Positions 16,081 to 25,663 of a DNA stretch of 64,000 nucleotides are shown here, one piece after another. Position 1 is the first letter of the stretch, and every line of letters begins with the position of its first letter. Both the position numbers and the translations under genes were made by a program. Under the pieces are notes generated by a model. That model made no database searches and was not told where the DNA came from. It saw nothing but the letters and a program-made list of their open reading frames with translations. This stretch comes from a virus. Its lineage: Duplodnaviria; Caudoviricetes. The stretch covers positions 3,777-67,776 of the IMG/VR virus record IMGVR_UViG_3300005675_000082; one strand, written 5' to 3'.

Positions 16081-18909
16081 ATGGGCATTTTAAACCAGAT
16101 CGGGCAGTTTGTAGGGCAGGTGTTTAACAGAACTGCCGCCGCGCAGTATATGGTGGGGGCGGATGGCAGTATTGTCCCCCTGTCTCCCAGCGCGGGGGAA
16201 AAAGCCGCGTCCCGTCCAGCCTCCTCCTCCATGATGTTATTCCCGTCATGGCGCGATGGACAGCCGCAGTGGAACCTGCTGAATTTAGACGCCTACATCG
16301 AAGAAGGTTACAACCTCAATACACTCATCCACAGCGCGATTGCCTACAAGGGACGGGCATACATGTCGGCCCCACAGCGCGCGTTTGGTGAGTCGATGGA
16401 AAATCCTGTGCGGATGCTGCCCAATCACCCCCTGAGTAAACTGCTGGCGCGGCCTAACCCGTACCAGTCCACAGCGGAATACCAGCAGTTACGCATGACG
16501 TACCTGAATCTGGCGGGCAACGCCTATACCTTTTTGCAGCGCGATCGCACTGGGGCCTTTCCCAAAGCGCTGTGGCTGCTGCGTCCCGATTGGGTCTACA
16601 TCATCCCTGACGACGGGCACGGCATCAAGGGCTACCTGTACCGTCCCGACGGCTACACGACACAGGACGGGCTGCCCATCCTGCCAGAGGACATGATTCA
16701 CATCAAATTCCCCAACCCCGGCGACCCGCTAGGGGGCCTGGGCTACGGCCTGTCGCCGATGACACCGCTGGCACAGTCGGGCGATGTGGATAACGATGTC
16801 ACCCACTTTTTAAAGAAGTTTTTTGAAAACAAGGCGATGGTGGGCGGCGTGATTAAATACAACATGCCCATCGACGAGGCCACCGTTGGCCTCATCCGCA
16901 ACCGTTACAAGGAAGTCTACGGGGGCAGTGAAAACTGGGGCGACGTGCTGATTCTGGATCAGTCCGCTGAATACCAGCGTATCGCCATGAACTTTGAGGA
17001 AATGAAGTTTGATGCGCTGGACAAACGTAACGAGAGCCGCATCCTCATGCCCTTCGGTGTCCCCGGCATCCTCATTGAAACGCTCAGCGGCTTGGAAAAG
17101 AGTTCTTACGCCAACAAACGCGAGGCGCGGATCATGTTCTGGGAAGACACCATGCGTAGTGAAATGCGTCTGATGGAATCGGATGACCAGTATTACCTGA
17201 CGTACCCCGATGATGGCGCGTTCCCCATGCACGACCTGAGCGAAGTCCCCGCGCTGCAAAAGAACATTCCTGAACTGGTGAATGCGGCGCATAAGATGTG
17301 GAGCATGGGCACGCCGCGCGATGACGCGTACCGCACGGTGGGGTTAAACGTCCCGTCCACCGCAGATGGCGGCGTGGGGTATGTGCCGGGCAGTATGCTG
17401 CCGGTGGGCACGCCGCGCGCAGGGGTACAAACGCCAGACACAGCAGCGCAGGATGCACAGGATACGCTGGACGCACAGGCAGAACAGACCGCGATGGAAG
17501 ATGCGGCAACGGTGGACAATGAGGGGGCAAAAGCACGGCCCGATTCTGTTCGCAGCGTGAAAGCGGCGGAACAGGCGGGATACGTTTACCTCTCGCTGGC
17601 ACATGAGCCGCAGTTACTTGCCCTTCAGCAGTTGGCGAAAGCGGCTAATCCCGCGCTGGAACTCACACCGCCCCAACAGCTTCATATCACACTGGCGTAT
17701 GCGCCGGATGTGGATGAAACAAGCTTCGACACGGTTTTCCGCGCCTGTACGCCGGAAGATTTAAACCTTGTCGTCACGGGAACATCCTTTTCCACCTTTG
17801 AACCGGAACAGGGACAGCCGACGCCGTTGGTTCTGAATATCCAGTACGACGACACGCTGGCACAGTTCCAGCGCCGTGTCTGTGAGGCGTTACAGACGGC
17901 GGGCATTGCGGTGAGCGAATACACGTTAAAGTGGGTTCCCCACATCACACTGGGATACTATGCGGAAAAGGTGGCGCTGCCTGCCACCTCGGACACTGTA
18001 ACCCTGCGTCCATCTGCGGTCTGCTGGGCGCGTGAGGATTACAGGGTTGTCCATGAAACAGTGCTGCCCAACAACAAATCTGGTTATACCCATGAAGAAA
18101 AAACGCTCATCTGGAAGGCGCAGGATAACATCGCTCAATCTCACGAATCAGCATTCGCCAGCGAAGCGCGCAAACAGTTTGAAGCGGACAAACGCGCGAT
18201 ACTGGCGCTGGTGACGGATGCCAAAACCAAAGCGCTGGAACGTAAGGCCAGCATCGACTGGAAAGACCTCATTCCGCTGGTGGGTGCGTATCTGGCGACG
18301 GAAAGCATTCCGGCATGGCAGGATGGGTTTACGCCGCTGGTGGGTGCGGTGGCGCTGGATGTGGGCAATTACTGGGCGGGTCGTTTGGGGCGTGAGCTGG
18401 TGGTGGATACCGTGTTTCCGTCTGAGTGGTTAAGAACATACACGCTGGTGTTTGCAGACCCGATTTCACGCACGACAGGCGACGCGATACGCGCCATTCT
18501 GGAACAGGCGGCAGATGAAGGGTGGAGCATCCCGCAAATGCAAACGCGTATGGGGCTGGTGTTTGAGCAGTGGATGGCGGGAGGGGTATCCGCAGAAGAT
18601 TTTGACTTCCTGAGCCAGCGGATGCCGCCGTATCGGACTGAAAACATCGCACGCACAGAAACGACGAGGGCGGCATCTGCCAGCGCAGACAGAACCTACC
18701 GTCAGTGGGGGGTGGCAAGACGCGAATGGATTCCCACGAACGACGACCGCACGCGCGACAGCCACGCCGCCGCCGATGGGCAAATCAAACCTATGGACGA
18801 GCCTTTTATCATCGGCGGCTATCAAATGAACTACCCAGGCGACATGAGTTTAGGAGCGCCATTAAGTGAAGTCGCGGAATGCAGATGCACCATCGCGGCT
18901 ATCGCCTGA
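16081..18909 (+). CDS. Portal protein fused to a 2H phosphoesterase and a MuF (head morphogenesis) domain
   Basis: HK97-type portal (LLARPNPY, GNAY, GYGLSP); two HxT motifs (LHITL aa535, PHITL aa621); MuF C-terminus (IARTET, W...DDRTRDSH, PGD...CRC). Confidence 0.88.
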   Translation: MGILNQIGQFVGQVFNRTAAAQYMVGADGSIVPLSPSAGEKAASRPASSSMMLFPSWRDGQPQWNLLNLDAYIEEGYNLNTLIHSAIAYKGRAYMSAPQRAFGESMENPVRMLPNHPLSKLLARPNPYQSTAEYQQLRMTYLNLAGNAYTFLQRDRTGAFPKALWLLRPDWVYIIPDDGHGIKGYLYRPDGYTTQDGLPILPEDMIHIKFPNPGDPLGGLGYGLSPMTPLAQSGDVDNDVTHFLKKFFENKAMVGGVIKYNMPIDEATVGLIRNRYKEVYGGSENWGDVLILDQSAEYQRIAMNFEEMKFDALDKRNESRILMPFGVPGILIETLSGLEKSSYANKREARIMFWEDTMRSEMRLMESDDQYYLTYPDDGAFPMHDLSEVPALQKNIPELVNAAHKMWSMGTPRDDAYRTVGLNVPSTADGGVGYVPGSMLPVGTPRAGVQTPDTAAQDAQDTLDAQAEQTAMEDAATVDNEGAKARPDSVRSVKAAEQAGYVYLSLAHEPQLLALQQLAKAANPALELTPPQQLHITLAYAPDVDETSFDTVFRACTPEDLNLVVTGTSFSTFEPEQGQPTPLVLNIQYDDTLAQFQRRVCEALQTAGIAVSEYTLKWVPHITLGYYAEKVALPATSDTVTLRPSAVCWAREDYRVVHETVLPNNKSGYTHEEKTLIWKAQDNIAQSHESAFASEARKQFEADKRAILALVTDAKTKALERKASIDWKDLIPLVGAYLATESIPAWQDGFTPLVGAVALDVGNYWAGRLGRELVVDTVFPSEWLRTYTLVFADPISRTTGDAIRAILEQAADEGWSIPQMQTRMGLVFEQWMAGGVSAEDFDFLSQRMPPYRTENIARTETTRAASASADRTYRQWGVARREWIPTNDDRTRDSHAAADGQIKPMDEPFIIGGYQMNYPGDMSLGAPLSEVAECRCTIAAIA

Positions 18910-18914
18910 TGTGA

Positions 18915-18934
18915 TATAATGGCACACATGTTCT
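18915..18934 (+). promoter_or_regulatory. Promoter -10 with LexA-like box
   Basis: TATAAT at 18915; GGCACACATGTTCT at 18921-18934. Confidence 0.7.
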
Positions 18935-18935
18935 A

Positions 18936-18957
18936 GTTTTCACCTATAGGAGAAAAC
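18936..18957. promoter_or_regulatory. 22-bp palindrome copy 3
   Basis: GTTTTCACCTATAGGAGAAAAC overlapping the RBS of the gene at 18961. Confidence 0.75.
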
Positions 18958-18960
18958 CTC

Positions 18961-19365
18961 ATGGCTAAACGTAAACTGACTGAAGAACTGGCAGGCACAG
19001 CGCCCGAAACGCCCGTTGAACCGTCCTATACGGCGCTTTTTGCCAGCGGTGACAGCGTGGAAGCATACGTCGAAGACCTGTGCACCCCTTTGTATCTTGC
19101 CCCCTTCTATGAGGCTAGAATCGCCATTGCCTACGAGGGCAAGCGCCTGACCAGCATGGCGCGCGATCATGGTATCTTCCGTCTGGTGCTGGAAGATGAG
19201 ACGCGCGTGTCCGTCGTCAGTCGCCAACTGCTGACGGTGACCCACACGCCGCTTGTGGAAGATGCGGCAGTGGAAGTGGTTGTCCCATTGAACGCAGTGG
19301 ATGCTGATGGGGATGTGCTCAAGGCTAACGCCATTGAGTCTCAAGACGGGGACGCAGTAGGATAG
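18961..19365 (+). CDS. Hypothetical protein
   Basis: 134 aa after the promoter, RBS AGGAG. Confidence 0.65.
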   Translation: MAKRKLTEELAGTAPETPVEPSYTALFASGDSVEAYVEDLCTPLYLAPFYEARIAIAYEGKRLTSMARDHGIFRLVLEDETRVSVVSRQLLTVTHTPLVEDAAVEVVVPLNAVDADGDVLKANAIESQDGDAVG

Positions 19366-19368
19366 CCG

Positions 19369-19698
19369 ATGGCTGACATTCCGGTGATACGCGGCAGATT
19401 GCCCTACGAACAGGAGCGTGGCATCACGGGCATGGTGACGGTCTCCGAAACCTACGATGATGCGGGAGATGTAATAGACGCTACGGCGATATGGCAGGGC
19501 GGGGACAAGATACAGATTTACGCCCCGATGCTGGATGACCTGAACGCGCGTTATGCAGCAGTGAACGGGGACATCCTCACCGTCTGCCAGTACACGCTGA
19601 AACTTTTGGCCTATTATCCCGATGAACACCTGTACATCGCGCAGCGTATCGCGCCGCCGCTGGACGCCCCGACCACGATTGATGAGATTGAATTTTAG
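19369..19698 (+). CDS. Hypothetical protein (YYPDE paralog A)
   Basis: MADIPVIRG...LLAYYPDE. Confidence 0.6.
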   Translation: MADIPVIRGRLPYEQERGITGMVTVSETYDDAGDVIDATAIWQGGDKIQIYAPMLDDLNARYAAVNGDILTVCQYTLKLLAYYPDEHLYIAQRIAPPLDAPTTIDEIEF

Positions 19699-19709
19699 GG
19701 GGGGGATTA

Positions 19710-20108
19710 ATGAGTGACATACCCATTCTTAAAGGCAATATCCCTAGCAGTATCGCGGGTGGGCGCATGGTCATCCATGACAATGTATTCCGTTCCCCGA
19801 AAAGCAAAAGGAGAGTAGCTTTTCATTGGTTAGGTGGGGAAATCTCGGCACTTCCAAAATGGGAGATTGAAGGAAGCCGATTTGCAGCACTAGAGGCTAA
19901 CAGATTGACTTATTTTGAATTTACCTTTGAAGTGGTTGGATACTATCCCGATGAAGAATGTTATGCCGTGCGCCTGTTAACGGCTCCGCATGTTGTGAGG
20001 GTGACTTATAACGATGATACGGTATACGTTCAACGACGGGGGACTTACCGCCGTGAGGTGATCGCCAATAATCGACAGAGAGAACGCGATGGACGCGCTC
20101 ACCCTTAA
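19710..20108 (+). CDS. Hypothetical protein (YYPDE paralog B)
   Basis: MSDIPILKG...VVGYYPDE; more AT-rich. Confidence 0.6.
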   Translation: MSDIPILKGNIPSSIAGGRMVIHDNVFRSPKSKRRVAFHWLGGEISALPKWEIEGSRFAALEANRLTYFEFTFEVVGYYPDEECYAVRLLTAPHVVRVTYNDDTVYVQRRGTYRREVIANNRQRERDGRAHP

Positions 20109-20442
20109 CCGCGCCATTGGGGAACTATTTGGTTACCGTGTGGCACAGCGCCAGTATCTTGGACGCAGCGCCTACATCATTGAACGCAACGGACACAAGG
20201 AACCCTTTTCCGACTGCTGGCTGATTGAAGAACCATTGGCATGGGCAGAGTATTCCCCCAACTGGGCATTTGACGAACACGGCGCGGTGCAGCTTATTGC
20301 GGGAAACCCGCGCTTTGGCATTCAGGTGGTGGCAGGAGGCTTTCGGGTCACGGTGGCTGATACCGCTATTGTGGTCGAGCAGGTAGCGTTTGCCCATGCG
20401 GTGAGCGAGGCGTGGTACATGTTTGTGAAGAGTGAGGTGTGA
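20089..20442 (+). CDS. Phage ABA-sandwich-like domain protein
   Basis: LNRAIGELFG...YSPNW...A..HAVSEAW pattern; similar to 59906-60379. Confidence 0.45.
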   Translation: MDALTLNRAIGELFGYRVAQRQYLGRSAYIIERNGHKEPFSDCWLIEEPLAWAEYSPNWAFDEHGAVQLIAGNPRFGIQVVAGGFRVTVADTAIVVEQVAFAHAVSEAWYMFVKSEV

Positions 20443-20913
20443 GTGACAAGCCAATACCTGACCAACAAAACAGACCTCGCTATTGACGGGCAGTTTGTGT
20501 ATCCCGCTGGCACGCTGCTGCGGGTGACGGGGCATGATGGCGACAGCGTGCGCGTTTCCGGGCATGTCTCAGGCGAACGGCGTAAACGCTGGCTGCACAA
20601 GTCGTTGGTGTGCGAACTGCCCACCGCGCCGGACGGGGAATTCTGGCGTGTGATATTCCCGCACGCTCCCGCAGATCGGGCGCAGTTATATCGCCCTGAT
20701 GGCAAAACCGGACTGTTTATGATCTACAGCGAGGATGCTAAACGGCTGGTTGAATGGGTGCGGACACATCCCACACACGCCGACTCTGCGACTGGAATGC
20801 GCATTAGCGAACAGGGGTACGTGCTCACACTGCGCTATCTGAAGAATGAATTTAAGGGCGGGGGCTGGTTGTATTTTTTCGATTTTAACCTTAAGGCAAC
20901 AGCGCATGAATAA
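20443..20913 (+). CDS. Hypothetical protein
   Basis: 156-aa collinear ORF. Confidence 0.55.
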   Translation: MTSQYLTNKTDLAIDGQFVYPAGTLLRVTGHDGDSVRVSGHVSGERRKRWLHKSLVCELPTAPDGEFWRVIFPHAPADRAQLYRPDGKTGLFMIYSEDAKRLVEWVRTHPTHADSATGMRISEQGYVLTLRYLKNEFKGGGWLYFFDFNLKATAHE

Positions 20914-21250
20914 CAAACGCCCCAAAAAGACCAGTGCGCCCCCAACGGTGATTACGGTTGCGGAATTTGTGCGGGATGGCTGGCAGGCCAATATCGACAA
21001 TGGCATCTGTGATGTGTATCGCCACCACCTGCTGAGCGGTATCTGGCGCTTGCCAACGGATCTTGTGCTGGCGGTTATTCCTATCGACCCGCCCGATCCT
21101 CCCTGTTATCTGCTGTCGAACGAGTGGGGGCAACATGCCGTACAGGCCGCCACGAAACTGGATGTGGTCTTTCGCCAGCCCAACAGCAAACCCGACACCC
21201 TGCCCGAAACACTCCCGCCGCTTTTCGAAACACAGTCAACGAAACGGTAA
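20846..21250 (+). CDS. Hypothetical protein (probable start 20906)
   Basis: Collinear ORF coupled to the upstream gene. Confidence 0.5.
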   Translation: MNLRAGAGCIFSILTLRQQRMNNKRPKKTSAPPTVITVAEFVRDGWQANIDNGICDVYRHHLLSGIWRLPTDLVLAVIPIDPPDPPCYLLSNEWGQHAVQAATKLDVVFRQPNSKPDTLPETLPPLFETQSTKR

Positions 21251-21266
21251 GATTGCATAATGCACT

Positions 21267-21295
21267 TGCACATTTGTTCTGTTATATGCTACAAT
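21267..21295 (+). promoter_or_regulatory. Head-operon promoter with LexA-like box
   Basis: TGCACATTTGTTCT at 21267-21280; extended -10 TGCTACAAT. Confidence 0.7.
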
Positions 21296-21342
21296 TCCAA
21301 GAATTAACGAAACGTTGATTATTAAGATGCGAGGCTTAACAC

Positions 21343-21753
21343 ATGGCTCCAGTAGCACTCGGCACATCCATCACCCCCGGCGCGAACGCTGTTTTTGACA
21401 GCGGGCATATCGCAGGGGAAGCGCTGACCAACGGCAATCTGGTCTACCGTGACCCTGCCGACAGCAACAAACTCAAGAAGGCAGACCAGACATCGGCCAC
21501 CAAGGCGCAGGTGTTTGGCGTCGTTATCGGCACGGTGGCCAGCGGGTCGCAGGTGCTGGTACAGACGAAGGGCACGGTGACAGGCACGGCAACGCTGGTT
21601 CAGGGCGAGCACTACGGCATCTCTGGCACAGCGGGCAGCATTGAGCCTGCGGCAGATGAAGGCGCGGGTGACTTCTGGACGTATGTGGGATACGCGCCCA
21701 CCACCACGTCGCTGGAACTGGCGATCCACCACGCAGCGGTGGCGCGTGCCTGA
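21343..21753 (+). CDS. Capsid cement/decoration-like protein
   Basis: AGEALTNGNLVY...KAD...VFGV...V.T.G.V pattern; position in the head module. Confidence 0.6.
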   Translation: MAPVALGTSITPGANAVFDSGHIAGEALTNGNLVYRDPADSNKLKKADQTSATKAQVFGVVIGTVASGSQVLVQTKGTVTGTATLVQGEHYGISGTAGSIEPAADEGAGDFWTYVGYAPTTTSLELAIHHAAVARA

Positions 21754-21944
21754 TGATGGACGTGCGCTGTCCGAAGTGTAACAAAAAGCTCGGTGAGAGC
21801 GATGGGCGCGGCACAGTGGAAATCCTGTGTCCCAACTGCAAACATATCGTGCGCAGTTATCCATCGGTCGCCACTGAGATTGTTACGAGCGATGAACGGC
21901 TGAACACGCGGCGCTTCGAGCCACAGGAAATCAAACGCCGCTAA
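21753..21944 (+). CDS. com: Mu Com-like zinc-finger RNA-binding regulator
   Basis: DVRCPKCNKKL...VEILCPNCK; followed by Com-type target hairpins. Confidence 0.8.
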   Translation: MMDVRCPKCNKKLGESDGRGTVEILCPNCKHIVRSYPSVATEIVTSDERLNTRRFEPQEIKRR

Positions 21945-21952
21945 CCGCAGTT

Positions 21953-22024
21953 GAAGCGCCCTGAGCGCAACTTGCAGAACACACCGAATGCCCTGAGCAT
22001 CCTTTGCTCCGGGTGTTTTTGTTT
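21953..22024 (+). promoter_or_regulatory. Two Com-type RNA hairpins overlapping a terminator-like hairpin
   Basis: GAAGCGCCCTGAGCGC (21953) and GAATGCCCTGAGCATCC (21986); alternative GAGCA-TCCTT-TGCTC stem followed by TGTTTTTGTTT. Confidence 0.7.
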
Positions 22025-22033
22025 GGAGAGGGT

Positions 22034-23173
22034 ATGAAAAAACAATTCGAGCGTTTAGATAAAGCCTTTCACGCCCACATCACAAAAGCCGATGCCGGGG
22101 TTGTGGAAGCCATTGTGAACGTCTTTGGCATTCTGGACTATGGCAACGACATCGTTCAGAAGGGCGCGTTTGCCAAGACCATCTCCGAACGCTGGTCAAA
22201 AATCCTTGTGCTTGACCAGCACAACACCGACAGCACGTTAAACGCCATCGCCAAGGTGCTGGCCATTCGCGAAATGGAAGCCACTGAACTGCCGATGGAA
22301 ATCACCGCTGAGTACCCCGAAGCCACTGGCGGGTTGTGGGTGCGGATGCAGTTTATGGTGGACGATGAAAAAAGCAACGCCATCTTTAACCGCATCAAGG
22401 CGGGTGTCATCGGTGAATACTCCATCGGCTTTGACATCATTCGTCAGCACTACGAAAAGATTGAATGGCGCGGGCAGAAGGTGAATGCCCGTTTTATTGA
22501 CGAAATTCGCCTTTTTGAGTGCTCACCAGTCCTGTGGGGAATGAATCAGGCAACGGCCACTGTCAGCGCCAAAGAGTACATGCCGGATGGCAGCGCAACG
22601 CAGCGGCTTGGGGATTATCTGGCGGCGTGCCTGTTTAAAGCGGGCAACTACACCAATGATGATTTCCTTGCGGTGGGACTTACCAACAACGATGAACACG
22701 CGGCGCTGTTGAGCCTGCTTAAAGTCAGCATCGGCGCATTTCTGGACGCCATTCCAGAAGACCTTGCCCTGCGTCCAATGGACATGGGCTTTGGGATGCT
22801 GTGGTGGGCGGCGGCGCTGACGGAAGAAAGTAAGGCGCTGGTCAAAGAGGGGCGCGTGATCAGCGCGTCCAACGCCGAACGCTTACGGGTGGCCTACGAA
22901 GCGCTGACCGATGTGCTGATGGCCGCCGGACTCATCGAACATCCCGACGATGAAGATACAGAAGACTACGCAGGCGAAGGCGCGGATAACGCCAAAGCCA
23001 GCGACGAACCAAGTGAACAATCAGGGCGTGACGATGCCCTGTTGGACAATCCAGCACAACCCCCCGCGTTGGTCGAGCCGCAGGCGAAACAAGTTTCGCA
23101 AGCACTCACCGCAAACGAGCGGCAGCGGTTACTGGCGCAAATCAATCTTGAACTTGAAACCTTAGGAGGATAG
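22034..23173 (+). CDS. HK97-family prohead maturation protease with C-terminal extension
   Basis: DYGNDIVQKGAF, LDQH, YSIGF, LFECSPVLWGMN; KEGRVISASN motif. Confidence 0.9.
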   Translation: MKKQFERLDKAFHAHITKADAGVVEAIVNVFGILDYGNDIVQKGAFAKTISERWSKILVLDQHNTDSTLNAIAKVLAIREMEATELPMEITAEYPEATGGLWVRMQFMVDDEKSNAIFNRIKAGVIGEYSIGFDIIRQHYEKIEWRGQKVNARFIDEIRLFECSPVLWGMNQATATVSAKEYMPDGSATQRLGDYLAACLFKAGNYTNDDFLAVGLTNNDEHAALLSLLKVSIGAFLDAIPEDLALRPMDMGFGMLWWAAALTEESKALVKEGRVISASNAERLRVAYEALTDVLMAAGLIEHPDDEDTEDYAGEGADNAKASDEPSEQSGRDDALLDNPAQPPALVEPQAKQVSQALTANERQRLLAQINLELETLGG

Positions 23174-23175
23174 GC

Positions 23176-24453
23176 ATGGTTGCCTTACGTAATGATGTAG
23201 ACCTCCTGACAGGGCGTGCGGTGCAGCTCTACAAGGACGCGGGCGAGATCATCCGTAATCTGGATGCGTCAGCGGACGACGTGGAAAAAGCCAACCGTAT
23301 GATGGAAGAAGCCAAGGGCCTGAAGGATCGGGCCGCGAAGCTTGCTGAAATCAATGCGGCGGGCGGTGAACTGCAAAACGACACGCACCTGCGGGGAGAA
23401 CAGCAGAAGGAAGAAGGCTTTAAGTCGTGGGGTGAATTCACCTCCGCTCTGGCTCAGGAAGTACTGAGCAAGGGCAAGGTGCGCGACCCGCGTCTGAAGG
23501 TCTTCGAAGACCGCGATTTCTCAAATCGCAAGGACATGACCGGTGCGACAGGCGGCGCGGGTGGGTACATCATCCAGACCGAACATCTGGCGCAGCTCAT
23601 GGCCGTAGCCGCCCCGATGTCCGCCATTCGCGAGGGCGCAACAATTGTGAACATGGGTTCGCGTCAGGTCGATATGCCTGTCGTGGATCAGGCGACGGTT
23701 CCCGCCAGCGGCGTCCCCACCTTCTTCGGTGGTGTGCGCGTCTACTGGCAGCAGGAAGCCAGCGCCATTACAACCAGCGATGCAGGCTTTAAGCAGGCGG
23801 CGCTGGTGGCCAGCGAACTGGTCGGCTTGACCTACGTCGGCAATTCGCTGCTTCAGGATGCGTCGGTGTCACTGGCGTCATTCCTGGGCGGGCGTATGGG
23901 TTTCCCCGGCGCGATTGCGTGGGCGGAAGACTACGCCTTCATCATGGGCGATGGTGCAGGCAAACCGCTGGGGATCGTGAACGCCCCTTGCACCAAGACC
24001 GTCACCCGTACCACCACTGTCACCGTCAAGTACGATGACCTGGTGGGCATGGAAACGGCCTTCTGGGGCAACGATGGCGTGTGGGTCATCAACAACTCGC
24101 TCAAGAGCGTGCTGATGCTGATGAACGGCCCATCGGGGAACGCAAGTTACCTGTGGGGCAACACCGCGCAGGGCGTGCCCAACACGCTGCTGGGGCGTCC
24201 CGTCATCTGGACGGACAAACAGCCTGCGGTGGGCACCAAGGGCGATATCCTGCTGGTGGATCGCAGCATGTACGTCATCGGCGACCGTCAGGCCACTTCC
24301 GTCGAGAGCGACCCCTCGGTGGGTTTTGGCTCGAACAAGACGGCATTCCGTGTCATTCACCGCGTAGACGGGCAGCCGTGGCTTTCTGGCGTCATCACGC
24401 TGGCAGGCGACAGCAGCACCGTGTCGCCGTTCGTCGCGCTATCGACGCTCTAA
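23176..24453 (+). CDS. Major capsid protein (HK97 fold) with N-terminal scaffold domain
   Basis: Coiled-coil N-terminus, K|DMTGATGGAGGY, FIMGDGAGKPLGI, LLGRPV, F...TAFRVIHRVDG. Confidence 0.92.
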   Translation: MVALRNDVDLLTGRAVQLYKDAGEIIRNLDASADDVEKANRMMEEAKGLKDRAAKLAEINAAGGELQNDTHLRGEQQKEEGFKSWGEFTSALAQEVLSKGKVRDPRLKVFEDRDFSNRKDMTGATGGAGGYIIQTEHLAQLMAVAAPMSAIREGATIVNMGSRQVDMPVVDQATVPASGVPTFFGGVRVYWQQEASAITTSDAGFKQAALVASELVGLTYVGNSLLQDASVSLASFLGGRMGFPGAIAWAEDYAFIMGDGAGKPLGIVNAPCTKTVTRTTTVTVKYDDLVGMETAFWGNDGVWVINNSLKSVLMLMNGPSGNASYLWGNTAQGVPNTLLGRPVIWTDKQPAVGTKGDILLVDRSMYVIGDRQATSVESDPSVGFGSNKTAFRVIHRVDGQPWLSGVITLAGDSSTVSPFVALSTL

Positions 24454-24465
24454 GGATGGTGTGAA

Positions 24466-24918
24466 ATGGCAGTGAAGACTCAGGCACTAACGGAACAGAT
24501 TGCACTGGTCGGGCGCGTCTCGCCACAGCTCATCGACAACAACACGGGCGATACCGCATGGGTGGACATCAGCAAGTTCCGCCGTGTGGCGTTCCTGCTG
24601 CTGTTGGGCGCAACCGATATCACGGTGGACTTTAAGCTGCGTTCGGCAACGGACAGCAGCGGCACCAGCGCAGCCGACATCAGCGGTTACGCGATTACAC
24701 AATTCTCCGCAACCGACGACAACAAGGAAGCGTGGATTGAAATCGACGAAAACAAGATGGCGGCCCTGGGGCGTCGGTACGTCTCGGCGCGCGTGACGGT
24801 GGGCGATGGCACGCTGGGCGGCAACGTCGCAGTGGCAGCGCTGGCTGGCGTGGCGCGTTACGAACCCGCTTCGGACAATGATCTGGCGACAGTCGCTCAG
24901 ATCATCCGCAACGTCTGA
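24466..24918 (+). CDS. Putative capsid decoration/head protein
   Basis: Directly after the MCP; beta-rich WVDISKF...RYV..R pattern. Confidence 0.55.
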   Translation: MAVKTQALTEQIALVGRVSPQLIDNNTGDTAWVDISKFRRVAFLLLLGATDITVDFKLRSATDSSGTSAADISGYAITQFSATDDNKEAWIEIDENKMAALGRRYVSARVTVGDGTLGGNVAVAALAGVARYEPASDNDLATVAQIIRNV

Positions 24919-24960
24919 CGGGCATTGTTAGGCATGGGAGGGGTGTCCTCTCTGGGACAC

Positions 24961-24982
24961 CCTTTCACCCAGAGGCGAAACC
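24961..24982. promoter_or_regulatory. 22-bp palindrome copy 4 (degenerate)
   Basis: CCTTTCACCCAGAGGCGAAACC before the ATG at 24983, after the hairpin GGGTGTCC-TCTCTG-GGACACCC. Confidence 0.5.
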
Positions 24983-25654
24983 ATGAGCGATACGACCTAC
25001 GCCACCATCGAAGAACTGCGTTCGCAGTTTGGCAGTCTCAGCAGCGATAAGGATGATTTTATCCAGCGCTGTTTGAATGCCGCTGCGGAAGCGCTGGATA
25101 TGATGTGCAACTGGAACGTACCGCTGGAAGCCGCCGCCACCGCCAGCGCGCGCATGTACGCAGGCACAGGGCTAGCGTATGTCATGACTGACCCGTTTGT
25201 GTCGCTCTCGACGGTGGAAATTAAAGAAAGTCCCACCGATGCGGCGTGGACAACCGTGACAGCAGGCACGTATCTGCCCTTTCGCGGTGACCCGCGTTTC
25301 CCCGACTTTAACAAAACGCCATACAACGGCGTGGCGCTGCTGGGCAGCGGACGCACCTCCTTCCCCAGCGGCAAACTGGAATCGGACAGCGGGACGGGAT
25401 TGGCACAGGCGGTATTGGGTTATGGTCTGCCTACGGTGCGCATTACGGCGCGTTTTGGCTATGCCGCAAGCCTGCCGCCAAACGCCAAACAGGCGGTGCT
25501 GACACAGGCGACACGCTGGGTGAAACGCGGCGAAGCAGCCTGGGCGGACACCATCTCCAAGGGCGACATGGGGCAGTTACAGTTCCGCAAGGCACTCGAC
25601 CCGGATGTGGCGGCGATGATCGTACAGGCGCGGCTGGTGAAACCAACGATTTAG
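24983..25654 (+). CDS. Head-tail adaptor/connector
   Basis: YATIEEL...AA...D..C...VRITARFGY...P...KQA pattern; position. Confidence 0.75.
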   Translation: MSDTTYATIEELRSQFGSLSSDKDDFIQRCLNAAAEALDMMCNWNVPLEAAATASARMYAGTGLAYVMTDPFVSLSTVEIKESPTDAAWTTVTAGTYLPFRGDPRFPDFNKTPYNGVALLGSGRTSFPSGKLESDSGTGLAQAVLGYGLPTVRITARFGYAASLPPNAKQAVLTQATRWVKRGEAAWADTISKGDMGQLQFRKALDPDVAAMIVQARLVKPTI

Positions 25655-25663
25655 GAGCGATGG

